NCBI GenBank assembly: GCA_002440965.1
Contig: DJWJ01000033.1
Location: 7,627 to 71,626 of the forward strand
From: Candidatus Omnitrophica bacterium UBA6233
Lineage (GTDB): Bacteria; Omnitrophota; Gorgyraeia; Gygaellales; Profunditerraquicolaceae
Direction: 5' to 3'
Length of the DNA: 64,000 bases
Shown here piece after piece: positions 48,162-58,158 of the stretch. Below the pieces are notes generated by a model. The model was not told the origin of the DNA. It worked only from the letters and a program-made list of their open reading frames with translations, and did not search any database. A program made the translations under genes and the position numbers. Every line of letters begins with the position of its first letter. Within the stretch, counting starts at the first letter, position 1.

Positions 48162-50111
48162 TTATAATATCTTCTCCACCGCTTCTCTTACCAACTCATT
48201 ATCTTCTAAAGGGATTACCGGATCCCTGCTATTCCAGGCATCTTCCAATTTCCGGCCTAAATTATCAACCTTGCTTAAAATTATATGTTTATTCCCGGAT
48301 AAATCTTTTAAAAAGGCCTTATGTTTACGGCTTAAGCCGCCTGCCTCAAAAACCAGAACCGGCTTGGCGCTATTAGCTGCCTCGGAAAGCATAGAAATAC
48401 TTTCCGGAGAACTGACAATTACCTTACTTAAGCCTAAAATTCCTCCCACTGCTTCCGGGATATTCTTTTCATTGGCAATAACCATAAGTTTTGTGCGCGG
48501 ATAACTTTGAAGCTCTTGCTTTAGCAAAGCTTCTGCTTCTTCCGGAGTCCGGCGCGAAGTTGTAATTAAAATATACGCTCTTAATTTTTCTGAGGCGGAC
48601 TTGAGTTGATTGATAAGTTCCAGCACCGTATCCCTACGGAGCTTGAATCCTTTGCTGTCACCCCCGATTAACACACCAATATATAAATCCGAAGACGACA
48701 CTCCAAGAATAGAAGACCGGACCAATTTATCGCTTTGCTCTTTGAGATACTTCTCGTTTATCAAATTCAAAGCTCCCGCAGTAACAACTACATTCTTTTT
48801 TCTGGGAGGCTTATCATGCCGCGGCATAATCACCAAATCAAATTTATTTAAACTTAAGATCGACGGCCGCATAATTACTATAGATTTACTTAAGGCTTCA
48901 CGCGAAACTACAAAGTTAACCGCAGCCAGCTTTGAACCGCAGGATATAACTATATCCGGCCGAACGTGCGAAATTATCCTATAGGTATCCTCGCTAAGAG
49001 ACCGTTTTAAACCCGCTAAATTCCCCTGAGAGCCGTATTTCCCTGAAAGCAAATTATCTAGGGTTAAACCGAACTTGCCCAAATTATCCTTAAATTTTAC
49101 CTCCGCAACACTTACCTTGACCTCAATCCCTTTCTTTTCCAAATATTCTCTAATTACGTTGCTGACAGCCTCTGATTGACGAAGATGCCCGGCTTTTGTA
49201 TCGCTTAAAATAAGGATATTTCTCTGATCCGAATATTTCCAGATTTTATAGGTCCAAAGATATTCTTTAGGATAACTACGGATTAAGGCTTCGAAAATCC
49301 CGGTAACTTTCTTCAGATTTTCCTTTAAGTCCGCCTCAATATCCTGTGTTTTGTTTAATTTTATTTCGTCCCCCACCAAAACCTTAACTTTATGGTCGGA
49401 TGTGCGCCTAAAATATACCGGAATAATGGGGGCGTCATATTTATAGGCCAGTTTTATTCCGCCGGTAGACATTGAAGCGGTCTTGCCAAAAAAACCAACC
49501 AGCTCTCCAGTCTTACCCCCTTGATCCAAAGTTATGCCAATAGCGTAATTACTTTTAAACGCTTCGATCAATTGTTTAAGCCCGCCTTCTTTGGTAATTA
49601 TCTTGCAGCCTTTCTGGCGGCGGTATTTATTCAACAATCCGTTCAAGCGGGGAAAATCCTGGTCTTTGACAAAAAGGCAAAATGGAAAACCAAGGTTGGC
49701 GCAAATGATATTAGCCAATTCCCAGCTTCCGGCATGCACCGCGATAAGGATAACGCCTTTCCCTTTTTTTAACCCGGAGTAAATATTATCCAGACCTTCC
49801 ACAATGACGTATTTATCCATATAGGCCTTATCCACTTTGGGAATAAGAAAAATCTCGATAAGGCTTTCGCCGAAAGAACGGTAAAAGTCATGCGTGATTC
49901 TGGAAATTTCTTTAGGAGCTAAATTTTCTCCCAAAGCAAACTTTAGGTTTGCATAACACCTTGCTTTATGTTTAAGGTCAAAATAATAAAAAATGTCTCC
50001 GAGCAAGCGGCCAAAACAAAGGCTCCACTCCACAGGAATAAACCTGAAGATAGCCCCCAAGGACCTAAAAAGTATACAAGCTAAGTAATCTAGCAAAAAA
50101 AGGTTCTTCAT
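48162..50111 (-). CDS. lipid A late acyltransferase (LpxL/HtrB-like LPLAT) fused to ELM1/DUF1022-like domain
   Basis: 649 aa. The N-terminal ~300 aa is a lauroyl/myristoyl acyltransferase family with the HAGSWE motif. The C-terminal ~340 aa starts ILILSDTKAGHLRQSEAV, which resembles the ELM1-family N-terminus. Confidence 0.6.
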   Translation of the reverse strand: MKNLFLLDYLACILFRSLGAIFRFIPVEWSLCFGRLLGDIFYYFDLKHKARCYANLKFALGENLAPKEISRITHDFYRSFGESLIEIFLIPKVDKAYMDKYVIVEGLDNIYSGLKKGKGVILIAVHAGSWELANIICANLGFPFCLFVKDQDFPRLNGLLNKYRRQKGCKIITKEGGLKQLIEAFKSNYAIGITLDQGGKTGELVGFFGKTASMSTGGIKLAYKYDAPIIPVYFRRTSDHKVKVLVGDEIKLNKTQDIEADLKENLKKVTGIFEALIRSYPKEYLWTYKIWKYSDQRNILILSDTKAGHLRQSEAVSNVIREYLEKKGIEVKVSVAEVKFKDNLGKFGLTLDNLLSGKYGSQGNLAGLKRSLSEDTYRIISHVRPDIVISCGSKLAAVNFVVSREALSKSIVIMRPSILSLNKFDLVIMPRHDKPPRKKNVVVTAGALNLINEKYLKEQSDKLVRSSILGVSSSDLYIGVLIGGDSKGFKLRRDTVLELINQLKSASEKLRAYILITTSRRTPEEAEALLKQELQSYPRTKLMVIANEKNIPEAVGGILGLSKVIVSSPESISMLSEAANSAKPVLVFEAGGLSRKHKAFLKDLSGNKHIILSKVDNLGRKLEDAWNSRDPVIPLEDNELVREAVEKIL

Positions 50112-51111
50112 TTTTTGTTATTTTTAAGGCCACGCGTAAAACCAAAACCTGGAATCCTTTAAGCGGTTTTAACTTTTCCTCGGATAATCTGGCAGCGTCT
50201 TTTTCAGTTGTAATAATTATGTTTAAACTCAGGGTTTGCGCCCGGGAAGCAATATTTGTTAAATCTTCTTCGCTATAATTATGGTGGTCGTCAAATATCA
50301 AATCCAAACCAATATTTACCCCCAGATTAGCGATTAGCTTATTGAACGAATCCGGGTCTCCTATGCCGGAAAACAAAACTACGTCTTTACCTTTTAAATG
50401 GTTCAGGCTAAATATTTCATCCGGATTATTGATAGCATAAAATCCTAAAGCCTCGTGCACTGATTCTACAATCAGGGCCTGCGGATTAACCTTGCTCAAA
50501 TAACCTTTAATGCCCGCTAGGGAGCCGGATAAATCAGTTTTGGTTAGAACAAAAATGTCCGCTTCCCCTAATGAAGAGAGCGGCTGGCGCAATATCCCTC
50601 TGGGCAACATATGCCGGTTGCCGAAGCCTTGCTTTGAACTTATCGTGACAATCTCCAGGTTTTTCTTTATCCGCCATTGCTGCATACCATCATCAAGAAT
50701 AACCGTATCCACAGCATATTCCTTAATTGCTCTTTGAGCGCCTTTAATCCTGTTATGTCCCACAATCACCGGAATGTCGCCTAAACTCTTGGATAACATC
50801 GAAGGCTCATCTCCCATTTCCTGACCGAGCCTGTTATATCCTCTGCTCAACACCGCTACATTATGGCCCTTTGCCTTAAGATAACGGCTAACAAATTCAA
50901 CCAAAGAAGTTTTACCTGTTCCACCAAGGGTAATATTACCGATACTGATGACTTTACAAGACAGTTGGGCCGGCCTAAGCTTATAAAACAAAACCAGGCC
51001 CCTGATGATAATTCCGTAGAGAAAAGAGGCTAAAAGTAAGAAGAATTGCAAAAACGAAGCTGGAAAGCCCCGGTATTTATCCGTAGCCAGATTATAAAGG
51101 TATTCTTTCAT
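50065..51111 (-). CDS. lpxK: tetraacyldisaccharide 4'-kinase
   Basis: 348 aa with N-terminal TM, then P-loop ISIGNITLGGTGKTSLV, which is an LpxK signature. Confidence 0.85.
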   Translation of the reverse strand: MKEYLYNLATDKYRGFPASFLQFFLLLASFLYGIIIRGLVLFYKLRPAQLSCKVISIGNITLGGTGKTSLVEFVSRYLKAKGHNVAVLSRGYNRLGQEMGDEPSMLSKSLGDIPVIVGHNRIKGAQRAIKEYAVDTVILDDGMQQWRIKKNLEIVTISSKQGFGNRHMLPRGILRQPLSSLGEADIFVLTKTDLSGSLAGIKGYLSKVNPQALIVESVHEALGFYAINNPDEIFSLNHLKGKDVVLFSGIGDPDSFNKLIANLGVNIGLDLIFDDHHNYSEEDLTNIASRAQTLSLNIIITTEKDAARLSEEKLKPLKGFQVLVLRVALKITKNEEPFFARLLSLYTF

Positions 51112-51200
51112 CTTAGTCTATTATGATAACACAGGGAAAAACAAGAAGCAACTGCTTTTGCTAGGAAGAAAACTCTTTTAATTATAAGGAGATATGATAG

Positions 51201-51851
51201 TTACAGCTTAATAAACTTTAAGATATCCTGCAGCTTATCCACAATAAAATCTGCCTGCCTAAGGTATTCTTTAGGCAGGCTTGTGGTTATGGCAATGCAA
51301 GGCATTTTAGCCATTTTAGCGGATTTGATCCCAAGCGGCGCGTTTTCAATCACTAAACACTGCCCAGGCTTAAGGCCAAAGAGCTTAGCGGCCTTTAGAT
51401 ACGGCTCAGGATTTGGCTTACCTTTCTTTACCTGGTCTCCCGCTACAATAATTCCAAACTTAGTTTTAACCTTTAAAGGAAGAATAGTATTCACTTCTTT
51501 TAGGGGACTACCCGTAACTAAACCTAAAAGATAACCTTTTTTCTCCAAAAAGGCCAGAAGCTCTTCTGCTCCGCTAAAAACAAAACTCTGGAAAAATCTC
51601 CGGAATATCCTCCGGCGCCGCGCGAATATTTCATCCAAAAGCCTTTTGGAAGGATTTATGCCGGAGTGGATAAGTAAATCCTTAAGGGTCTTATTCCATT
51701 TTTCTCCTTCTTTGGAATAGACATCAAAACAGCTTACCCGCACCCCATAAGGCCTTAAGGCCTCATACCAGGCCAGAAAATGATACGGCATAGAGTCAAC
51801 GATTACCCCATCCATATCAAAAATTACCGCTTCAGGTTTAAATTTATTCAT
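51201..51851 (-). CDS. HAD-IA family hydrolase (beta-phosphoglucomutase-like)
   Basis: 216 aa. AVIFDMDGVIVDS is motif I, and motifs II and III follow. Confidence 0.7.
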   Translation of the reverse strand: MNKFKPEAVIFDMDGVIVDSMPYHFLAWYEALRPYGVRVSCFDVYSKEGEKWNKTLKDLLIHSGINPSKRLLDEIFARRRRIFRRFFQSFVFSGAEELLAFLEKKGYLLGLVTGSPLKEVNTILPLKVKTKFGIIVAGDQVKKGKPNPEPYLKAAKLFGLKPGQCLVIENAPLGIKSAKMAKMPCIAITTSLPKEYLRQADFIVDKLQDILKFIKL

Positions 51852-51857
51852 TGGGGA

Positions 51858-52595
51858 TTAATCCGACGGGCTTAGAGATATATTTCTTTCGACAAATTCA
51901 ACCAGCTCTTCCTGCACCTGCGCAGGCAAATTGACAAACTCTACGCCCACTCCGGGATAAGAGTGCGGCTGGATCTGCTTATCGGGAATCCAGACTACTT
52001 TGGCTTCCAATTCCAATTCTTCTTTTTTGGGAGGAAGTTTCATCTTAAGGATAACTTTATCTCCGAGTTTGAATTTATCGCAGCCGAAGATGAAAGCGCC
52101 CACGCCGCTTAAATTCAAGACATCCAGTTTTAAACATACGGGGTTTCTTACGTCCCTAGCCTTTAATTCGACCTTTATATCTATGGGCAGCCGCTTAAAC
52201 CTGCGGCGCAGCTGCATCTTCTTTATTTCTTCGATAGCTTTATCTTCTTTGAAACTATTTAAAGCCAGATCCTCGCTGGCGAACATCTCGATTACCCTGT
52301 CTAAACCGGCAATGCAGAAAATGTTCCGGATATGCACCGGGACATTGCAAAATTTCATCCTTCCATGGCTATTAATTATTTCTTTATAAGCGATGACGAT
52401 AACAGAAGTACCCATATAATCGATAAAATCTACATCCTCCAAGTTACAAAGTATATCGTTATAACCGTCACGCACGCACTGGCCGACTATTTCGACTAAA
52501 TTGGCGCAATTCACGTCGATACGCCCCGACATATCTAGAATCACTATATCATTATTCTGCCTGACTTTAATCTCCATTAAATTCTCCCATGGCAT
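51858..52595 (-). CDS. STAS (anti-sigma-factor antagonist-like) domain fused to PilZ-like c-di-GMP-binding domain
   Basis: 245 aa. The N-terminal ~115 aa has a SpoIIAA/STAS-like pattern (IVILDMSGRID..N...L......DVDFIDYMGTSVIV). The C-terminal half has RRRFKR (RxxxR) and LNLSGVGAF (a variant of DxSxGG). Confidence 0.5.
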   Translation of the reverse strand: MPWENLMEIKVRQNNDIVILDMSGRIDVNCANLVEIVGQCVRDGYNDILCNLEDVDFIDYMGTSVIVIAYKEIINSHGRMKFCNVPVHIRNIFCIAGLDRVIEMFASEDLALNSFKEDKAIEEIKKMQLRRRFKRLPIDIKVELKARDVRNPVCLKLDVLNLSGVGAFIFGCDKFKLGDKVILKMKLPPKKEELELEAKVVWIPDKQIQPHSYPGVGVEFVNLPAQVQEELVEFVERNISLSPSD

Positions 52596-53841
52596 TAAAG
52601 GATTCGATAATCTTTAAGGTTGCTCCCCGGTTCTTGGCAATTACCATATTTGCGTTTCTGGTTAGCTGGATCGCTTTTAGGCTGTTCCTTAACAACCCTC
52701 TTATGCTGGACTCCAAAGCTTCTTGAGTCTGGACCTCTATAGCGGCATTGTTGTCCAAAAACATCCTGGCTATATCGTGAAAATTAAACATATGCGGGCC
52801 GAAAATTACCGGCTTGCCCGCATAAGCCGGCTCAAGAATATTATGCCCGCCTTTCTTGATCAAGCTTCCGCCTACAAAAACAATATCTGCCGTTGTGTAA
52901 AAATCCCTTAAGTTACCCACGGTATCCAAAATAAATACGGTTTGCGGTTTTACAACTTGTTGGCTAGACTGACTTATCCTTAAAACGGAGAGTCCGCTCT
53001 TTAATATCTCTTTTTCTACCTCTGGCGTCCTTTCTGTATGCCGGGGCGCGATTAAAAGCCTAAGGCCGGGAAATTCTTTGAGCAGATTCTTGTATGCTCC
53101 CAAAATTATCTTTTCTTCTCCGGGATGGGTTGAACCCGCCACAAGGAGCCTGTCTTGCGGACCCAATCCGATATTATGCCTGTAATCAACAGAGCCCTTC
53201 TCCGAAACTGCGCAAGCATTTATGTCAAATTTTAAATTTCCGGTAACTTTTATTCTATCGGGACAAACGCCTAATTGCTTTAACCTTTCTGCGTCGGTTT
53301 CGGTTTGCACGCAAAACAATCTTATCTTGTTCAAAATAGGCTTAATTAAAAATTTAACCGCCGAATACCCCCGGAATGAATTATCTGATATCCGGCCGTT
53401 TACCGTGACAATAGGCACGCCCTTTTTATAAAGATACGCAATAAGATTCGGCCAGATTTCAGTTTCGGCGATAATAAAAAGTGACGGATTAATCTTATTA
53501 ATCACGCTTCTAACCGTAAAACTGAAATCCAAAGGCAGATAAATAACCCTATCGCCCGGCTTGGCTATAGTGCCAGCGATCTTGTTCCCCGTAGAAGTAA
53601 CGGTAGAAATAACGAATCTTTTACCGGGATAAACCTTGCGTAATTCTTCTACCAAGCCGCGCACGGATATAGCCTCGCCTAAACTTACAGCATGTATCCA
53701 GATTGGCCTATTTAAATCTAAATCCTTGGGTAAAATTCCCAAGCGGTTAAGAAATCCCCGATGAAACTTGCCTTTAAATAAATATATAGGCAGGTAAATT
53801 AAGGCAAATATCAGGAATATTAAATCATACAATATAAACAT
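52567..53841 (-). CDS. waaA: 3-deoxy-D-manno-octulosonic acid (KDO) transferase
   Basis: 424 aa with N-terminal TM. IWIHAVSLGEAISVRGLVEEL is a KdtA signature, then a GT-B C-domain. Confidence 0.85.
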   Translation of the reverse strand: MFILYDLIFLIFALIYLPIYLFKGKFHRGFLNRLGILPKDLDLNRPIWIHAVSLGEAISVRGLVEELRKVYPGKRFVISTVTSTGNKIAGTIAKPGDRVIYLPLDFSFTVRSVINKINPSLFIIAETEIWPNLIAYLYKKGVPIVTVNGRISDNSFRGYSAVKFLIKPILNKIRLFCVQTETDAERLKQLGVCPDRIKVTGNLKFDINACAVSEKGSVDYRHNIGLGPQDRLLVAGSTHPGEEKIILGAYKNLLKEFPGLRLLIAPRHTERTPEVEKEILKSGLSVLRISQSSQQVVKPQTVFILDTVGNLRDFYTTADIVFVGGSLIKKGGHNILEPAYAGKPVIFGPHMFNFHDIARMFLDNNAAIEVQTQEALESSIRGLLRNSLKAIQLTRNANMVIAKNRGATLKIIESFNAMGEFNGD

Positions 53842-53858
53842 ATCCTATCTTTTCTTTC

Positions 53859-54749
53859 TCATGCGTGCGGATGAGCTTTATCATAAACGGTTTTGAGCCT
53901 ATCAGTCGTCAAATGCGTATAAATCTGCGTAGTGGACAAATTTGCATGGCCCAACAATTCCTGCACAGTGCGTAAATCCGCCCCCCTGTTCAATAAATGC
54001 GTGGCAAAAGAATGCCTGAATGTATGCGGTGATACCCCATGCCGGATACCGGCGTTTTTCAAATATTTTTCTACCACATCACGCACACCCCGCGTAGAAA
54101 TACGCTTCCCGTTTTTATTCAAGAACAATGCGTTATTCTGTTTTTTTCGTTTATCAAGGTATTTTCTTATCGCTCTTAGCGCAACTTCTCCTATCGGGAC
54201 CACTCTTTCCTTTTTACCCTTGCCCATCGCCTTAACTATTCCTGCAATAAAATCCACATCCTCAAGGCTTAAAGCGACAAGCTCCGATATTCTTAATCCG
54301 CTGGAATAAAAAGTCTCGAGGATCGCGCGGTTACGTAAGCCTAATTCATCTTCATTGTCTTTTGGTAAAACAGATTCGATTAATTTAGCGGCCTCTTCTT
54401 CCGTCATAAAAGACGGCAGGTGTTTATCGAGTTTCGGGCTGGAAAGCATAAGGATAGGATTAGTTTTAATCAGGCCTTCCCGGCTTAAGAACCTGAAGAA
54501 ACTGCGCAAAGCCGATAGGTGCCGGCCGACGCTGCGGTTACCTAAACTCTTTTCTTTGAGGACAGCAAGATATTTTCGTAAAAGCAAATAATCTATTTTA
54601 TCTAAGTCGACTTTTCCGCAAAACTTATAAAAGTCGTTTAAATCAAGTTTATAATTTAATAGGGTGTGCTGCGAATAATTCTTTTCAATCTCCATATAAC
54701 GCATGAATTTCTCGATATATTTATCCATATTTATAGACTCAAAAATCAA
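53859..54749 (-). CDS. tyrosine site-specific recombinase (XerC/XerD family)
   Basis: 296 aa. The C-terminus has R..HSFATHLL..G.DLR.VQELLGH....TTQIYTH with the catalytic Tyr context. Confidence 0.8.
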   Translation of the reverse strand: MIFESINMDKYIEKFMRYMEIEKNYSQHTLLNYKLDLNDFYKFCGKVDLDKIDYLLLRKYLAVLKEKSLGNRSVGRHLSALRSFFRFLSREGLIKTNPILMLSSPKLDKHLPSFMTEEEAAKLIESVLPKDNEDELGLRNRAILETFYSSGLRISELVALSLEDVDFIAGIVKAMGKGKKERVVPIGEVALRAIRKYLDKRKKQNNALFLNKNGKRISTRGVRDVVEKYLKNAGIRHGVSPHTFRHSFATHLLNRGADLRTVQELLGHANLSTTQIYTHLTTDRLKTVYDKAHPHA

Positions 54750-54950
54750 AGCGCAAAAGCCAAAACCACAACTAAAAATTAAAACTGTTTATTCAGATTA
54801 ATGACAAATGTCAAAGCACAAAATTCAAAATAAATTTAAATGACAAATACCTAATGACAAAACATGGGTTTTGATATTTGGATTTTGAGTTTTGGATTTA
54901 TTTTGGGCTTTGAATTTTGTCATTTGACATTAGGCTTTTTACTTTTGCCT
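54740..54950. repeat. palindromic element, family 1 (full-length with outer module caaaagccaaaaccacaa)
   Basis: aaagcgcaaaagccaaaaccacaactaaaaattaaaactg...aatgacaaatgtcaaagcacaaaattcaaaataaatttaaatgacaaatacctaatgacaaaacatgggttttgatatttggattttgagttttggatttattttgggctttgaattttgtcatttgacatt...ctttttacttttgcc. Confidence 0.85.
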
Positions 54951-54956
54951 TTTTAT

Positions 54957-56939
54957 TTATGCCTGTGTTTTCTCCTCGGGTAACGTTCTTGAGGTAAATG
55001 TGCATTTGGGAAAATTCGAACAGCCATAAAAGAAACCGCGCGAAGAACGCCGCTCAATAAGTTCTCCGCCGCAACCCTCTTGGGGGCATTTAACGCCGGT
55101 GGTAATCGACTTGGAATTCTTACACTCCGGAAAGGCCGAACAACTTAAGAACTTTCCCTTTCTGCCCCATTTAACAATCATCGGCTTGCCGCATTTGTCG
55201 CAGATTTGATCCGTAGTAATAACTTCTTTCTTGATATTAGCCTGGGCAAAATCAACGCTGACTTTAAATGGCGCGTAGAAATCCTGCAAGACCTTAATCC
55301 GGGTTAACGCGCCTTCCTCGATTTGATCCAATTCTTCTTCCATTCCGGCGGTAAAATTTACATCGATAATCTTGGGAAAATATTCAACCAGTAAATCACA
55401 AACTTTAAAGCCTAATTCCGTCGGGTTAAGATATCCCTTGATCCTGCGCACATAATCGCGCAATATCAAAGTATAGATTATCGGGGCATATGTGGATGGA
55501 CGGCCAATCCCGTCTTCTTCCAACGCCCTGATCAGAGAACTATCCGAGAAGCGAGCCGACGGCTTGGTAAAATGCTGCGAAGGCGAAAGTTTCAACAATT
55601 CCAGAATATCGCCTTTCTCCAAAACCGGGATTACATTCTTTTTGGGCTTATCATTATTAGTTTCATCCTCTTCCTCGGTTTTATTATAGACTGCCATAAA
55701 ACCGCTAAAAGCCAACACGCTGCCTGAAGCATTGAATTTATATTGGCCGGCCTCTATGACAACTGAAGTTACGGAATAAACCGCAGGAGTCATTTGGCTG
55801 GCTACAAAACGGTTATAAATAAGCTCATATAATTTTTGCTGGTCAGGGGTTAAGAAGTTCTTTAGACTTTCGGGGTGACGCGAAATAAATGTCGGGCGGA
55901 TTGCTTCATGCGCTTCCTGAGCGAGCTTCTTAACCTTATAAGAATTTGGTTTCTCCGGCAGATATTCCTTGCCAAAATTTCTGGCGATATATTCCCGCAC
56001 TTCCTTGATTGCTTCGGGAGCTGCCCTCGGAGAATCCGTGCGCATATAAGTAATCAATCCAACCGGATTATCCGCGCCTAAATCAATACCTTCATAAAGT
56101 TGTTGAGCCACCAACATTGTTTTGTTGGCGTTAAACCTTAGCTTGTTGAACGCTTCCTGCTGCATTGTGCTGGTAATAAAAGGAGCGTCGGCGAAACGCC
56201 TCTTTTCGCTTTTCTTGACCTCGGCGACCACAAACTGCTTTTGTCTTATATCATCGCACAATTTATCCGCTTCTTCTTTTTTCTTGATCTCTATTTTCTC
56301 GCCATTTATCTTTTCCAATTTAGCCAGGAATTTATCATTCCCCTTGGCTAGATCCGCTTCGATCTCCCAATACTCCTGAGAAACAAATTTCTGAATTTCT
56401 CTTTCCCTTTCAATAATCAGCCTTAAAGCCACTGATTGAACGCGTCCCGCGCTTAAACCCCGGGCAATCTTTTTCCAAAGTAGCGGGCTTAAGAAATAAC
56501 CCATAATCCTATCCAACACCCTGCGCCCTACTTGAGCTTCAATCATCTTGGCGTCGAATTCACGCGGATGCTTAAAAGCCTCATTAACGGCGGCAGGCGT
56601 AATCTCATGAAAAGTAACCCTCAAGATTTTCGCTTTCTTAAGTATCCGCTCTTTAATCTGCCAGCCGATTGCTTCGCCTTCCCGGTCAGGGTCGGTAGCG
56701 ACATAAACAACCTCTTTGTTCTTGGCTTCTTTCTTGAGCTCGCTTAGAATCTTTTGCCTTCCGGCGATCGTGACATATTCCGGTTCAAAATCCTTATCGA
56801 TTTCCACCCCGAGTTTTTTCTGCGGCAGGTCAACGATATGGCCCATGGAAGATACTACGCTAAAGGCATCGCCTAAAATCCTGCCGATGGTCTTGGCTTT
56901 GGTCGGCGATTCCACAATAACTAAGCTTTTTTTCTTCAT
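54957..56939 (-). CDS. topA: type I DNA topoisomerase
   Basis: 660 aa. A Toprim N-terminus (LVIVESPTKAKTI), the catalytic Tyr region, and C-terminal C4 zinc-ribbon repeats. Confidence 0.9.
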   Translation of the reverse strand: MKKKSLVIVESPTKAKTIGRILGDAFSVVSSMGHIVDLPQKKLGVEIDKDFEPEYVTIAGRQKILSELKKEAKNKEVVYVATDPDREGEAIGWQIKERILKKAKILRVTFHEITPAAVNEAFKHPREFDAKMIEAQVGRRVLDRIMGYFLSPLLWKKIARGLSAGRVQSVALRLIIEREREIQKFVSQEYWEIEADLAKGNDKFLAKLEKINGEKIEIKKKEEADKLCDDIRQKQFVVAEVKKSEKRRFADAPFITSTMQQEAFNKLRFNANKTMLVAQQLYEGIDLGADNPVGLITYMRTDSPRAAPEAIKEVREYIARNFGKEYLPEKPNSYKVKKLAQEAHEAIRPTFISRHPESLKNFLTPDQQKLYELIYNRFVASQMTPAVYSVTSVVIEAGQYKFNASGSVLAFSGFMAVYNKTEEEDETNNDKPKKNVIPVLEKGDILELLKLSPSQHFTKPSARFSDSSLIRALEEDGIGRPSTYAPIIYTLILRDYVRRIKGYLNPTELGFKVCDLLVEYFPKIIDVNFTAGMEEELDQIEEGALTRIKVLQDFYAPFKVSVDFAQANIKKEVITTDQICDKCGKPMIVKWGRKGKFLSCSAFPECKNSKSITTGVKCPQEGCGGELIERRSSRGFFYGCSNFPKCTFTSRTLPEEKTQA

Positions 56940-58081
56940 TAAACGATCCTCACAAATTGTTTACCCGGAAGCTGCCTGATCAATTTCCTGACCTGTAAAT
57001 TTAAAAGTATGCCGGAAACCCGGGAGACATCCATATTCGCTTTCCCGATCAATTCATCCAAAGTCACTGCCTGGCGCGTTATCAAACCATAAAGCCTATT
57101 TTCGCTTTTGTCATCCAAACCGGACTCTAAGCTCAAGCTCTCTTTTACGCCTAAAGCCTCCGGTTGGGTCTGGCTGGCCTTAAATTCTTTTAATTTATTT
57201 ATTAATATGGGCTCCAATTCTTCAATTATGTCGTCGGCGCTCTCGACCAATTTCGCTCCCTCCCTCAAAAGTTGATTGGTGCCCTTACTGACAAAACTAT
57301 CTGCGCGCCCCGGAACACTAAAGACTTCGCGGCCTTGTTCATTGGCATGGGTTACGGTAATCAACGCTCCGCTTTTGTGCGGCGCCTCGATTACTACCAC
57401 TCCCAGCGATAAACCGCTGATTATCCTGTTCCTGGCGGGAAAATTTCCTTTGTCCGGACGAGTAGTTAAAGGAAATTCTGAAATTACCGCCCCTTTCCCT
57501 TCAATTTCTCCAAATAGTTTTTTATTCTCCGGGGGATAAACTATATCTAAACCGCAGCCTAATACTGCCAGAGTGCGGCCATTCGCCTTTAAGGCGGATT
57601 GATGGCTAAACGTATCTATACCGCGCGCTCCCCCGCTTACCACGGTAAAACCCTTCTCGGCTAATTCCCGGCTAAGATTCTCCGACATAATTCTGCCGTA
57701 AAGGGAAGCCCGGCGCGTGCCCACCATAGCAATGGAAAAGAAATCTTGGGGCAAAATCTCGCCTTTTACAAATAGGAGTAACGGCGGGTCAATTATAGAC
57801 TTCAAACTAGCAGGATAGAATTCACTGTCTAAAGGAATAAGCGTAACCTTGTTTTTCTCGATTAACTTAATCTGACGGCCTAAGTCTACTCTTTGCCTTC
57901 CTTCAACTATTTTTTTAGCAACACCCCGGCCTATGTTTTCTACTTCGGAGAGCTTGTCTAATGAAGCTTCCAATATCGCCCCGGGAGTCCTGAATCTTGC
58001 CAAAAGGCTTTTCCCCCGCCTTGCCCCAATTCCAGGAGTTAGCGCTAAACGCAACCAGTCTGCTGATTTCTGGGTTAACAT
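56939..58081 (-). CDS. dprA: DNA-processing protein DprA
   Basis: 380 aa with a Rossmann-like DprA core (GCGLDIVYPPEN, PLTTRP), an N-terminal SAM-like domain and a C-terminal WH domain. Confidence 0.8.
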   Translation of the reverse strand: MLTQKSADWLRLALTPGIGARRGKSLLARFRTPGAILEASLDKLSEVENIGRGVAKKIVEGRQRVDLGRQIKLIEKNKVTLIPLDSEFYPASLKSIIDPPLLLFVKGEILPQDFFSIAMVGTRRASLYGRIMSENLSRELAEKGFTVVSGGARGIDTFSHQSALKANGRTLAVLGCGLDIVYPPENKKLFGEIEGKGAVISEFPLTTRPDKGNFPARNRIISGLSLGVVVIEAPHKSGALITVTHANEQGREVFSVPGRADSFVSKGTNQLLREGAKLVESADDIIEELEPILINKLKEFKASQTQPEALGVKESLSLESGLDDKSENRLYGLITRQAVTLDELIGKANMDVSRVSGILLNLQVRKLIRQLPGKQFVRIV

Positions 58082-58158
58082 AATAATTTACAAAAACCGT
58101 CCGCGAAACACATATTACAAATCTCCTATTCCTCTAGTTTTGGGTTTTGCGCTAATTT

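Noticed and set aside
53859-54749. I considered whether the XerC/D-like recombinase marks an integrated mobile element.
   Set aside because: I see no attachment-site repeats, no phage or ICE genes, and no compositional shift around it. It sits between waaA and topA like a housekeeping dif recombinase. I cannot exclude an integron- or island-associated role without the rest of the genome.
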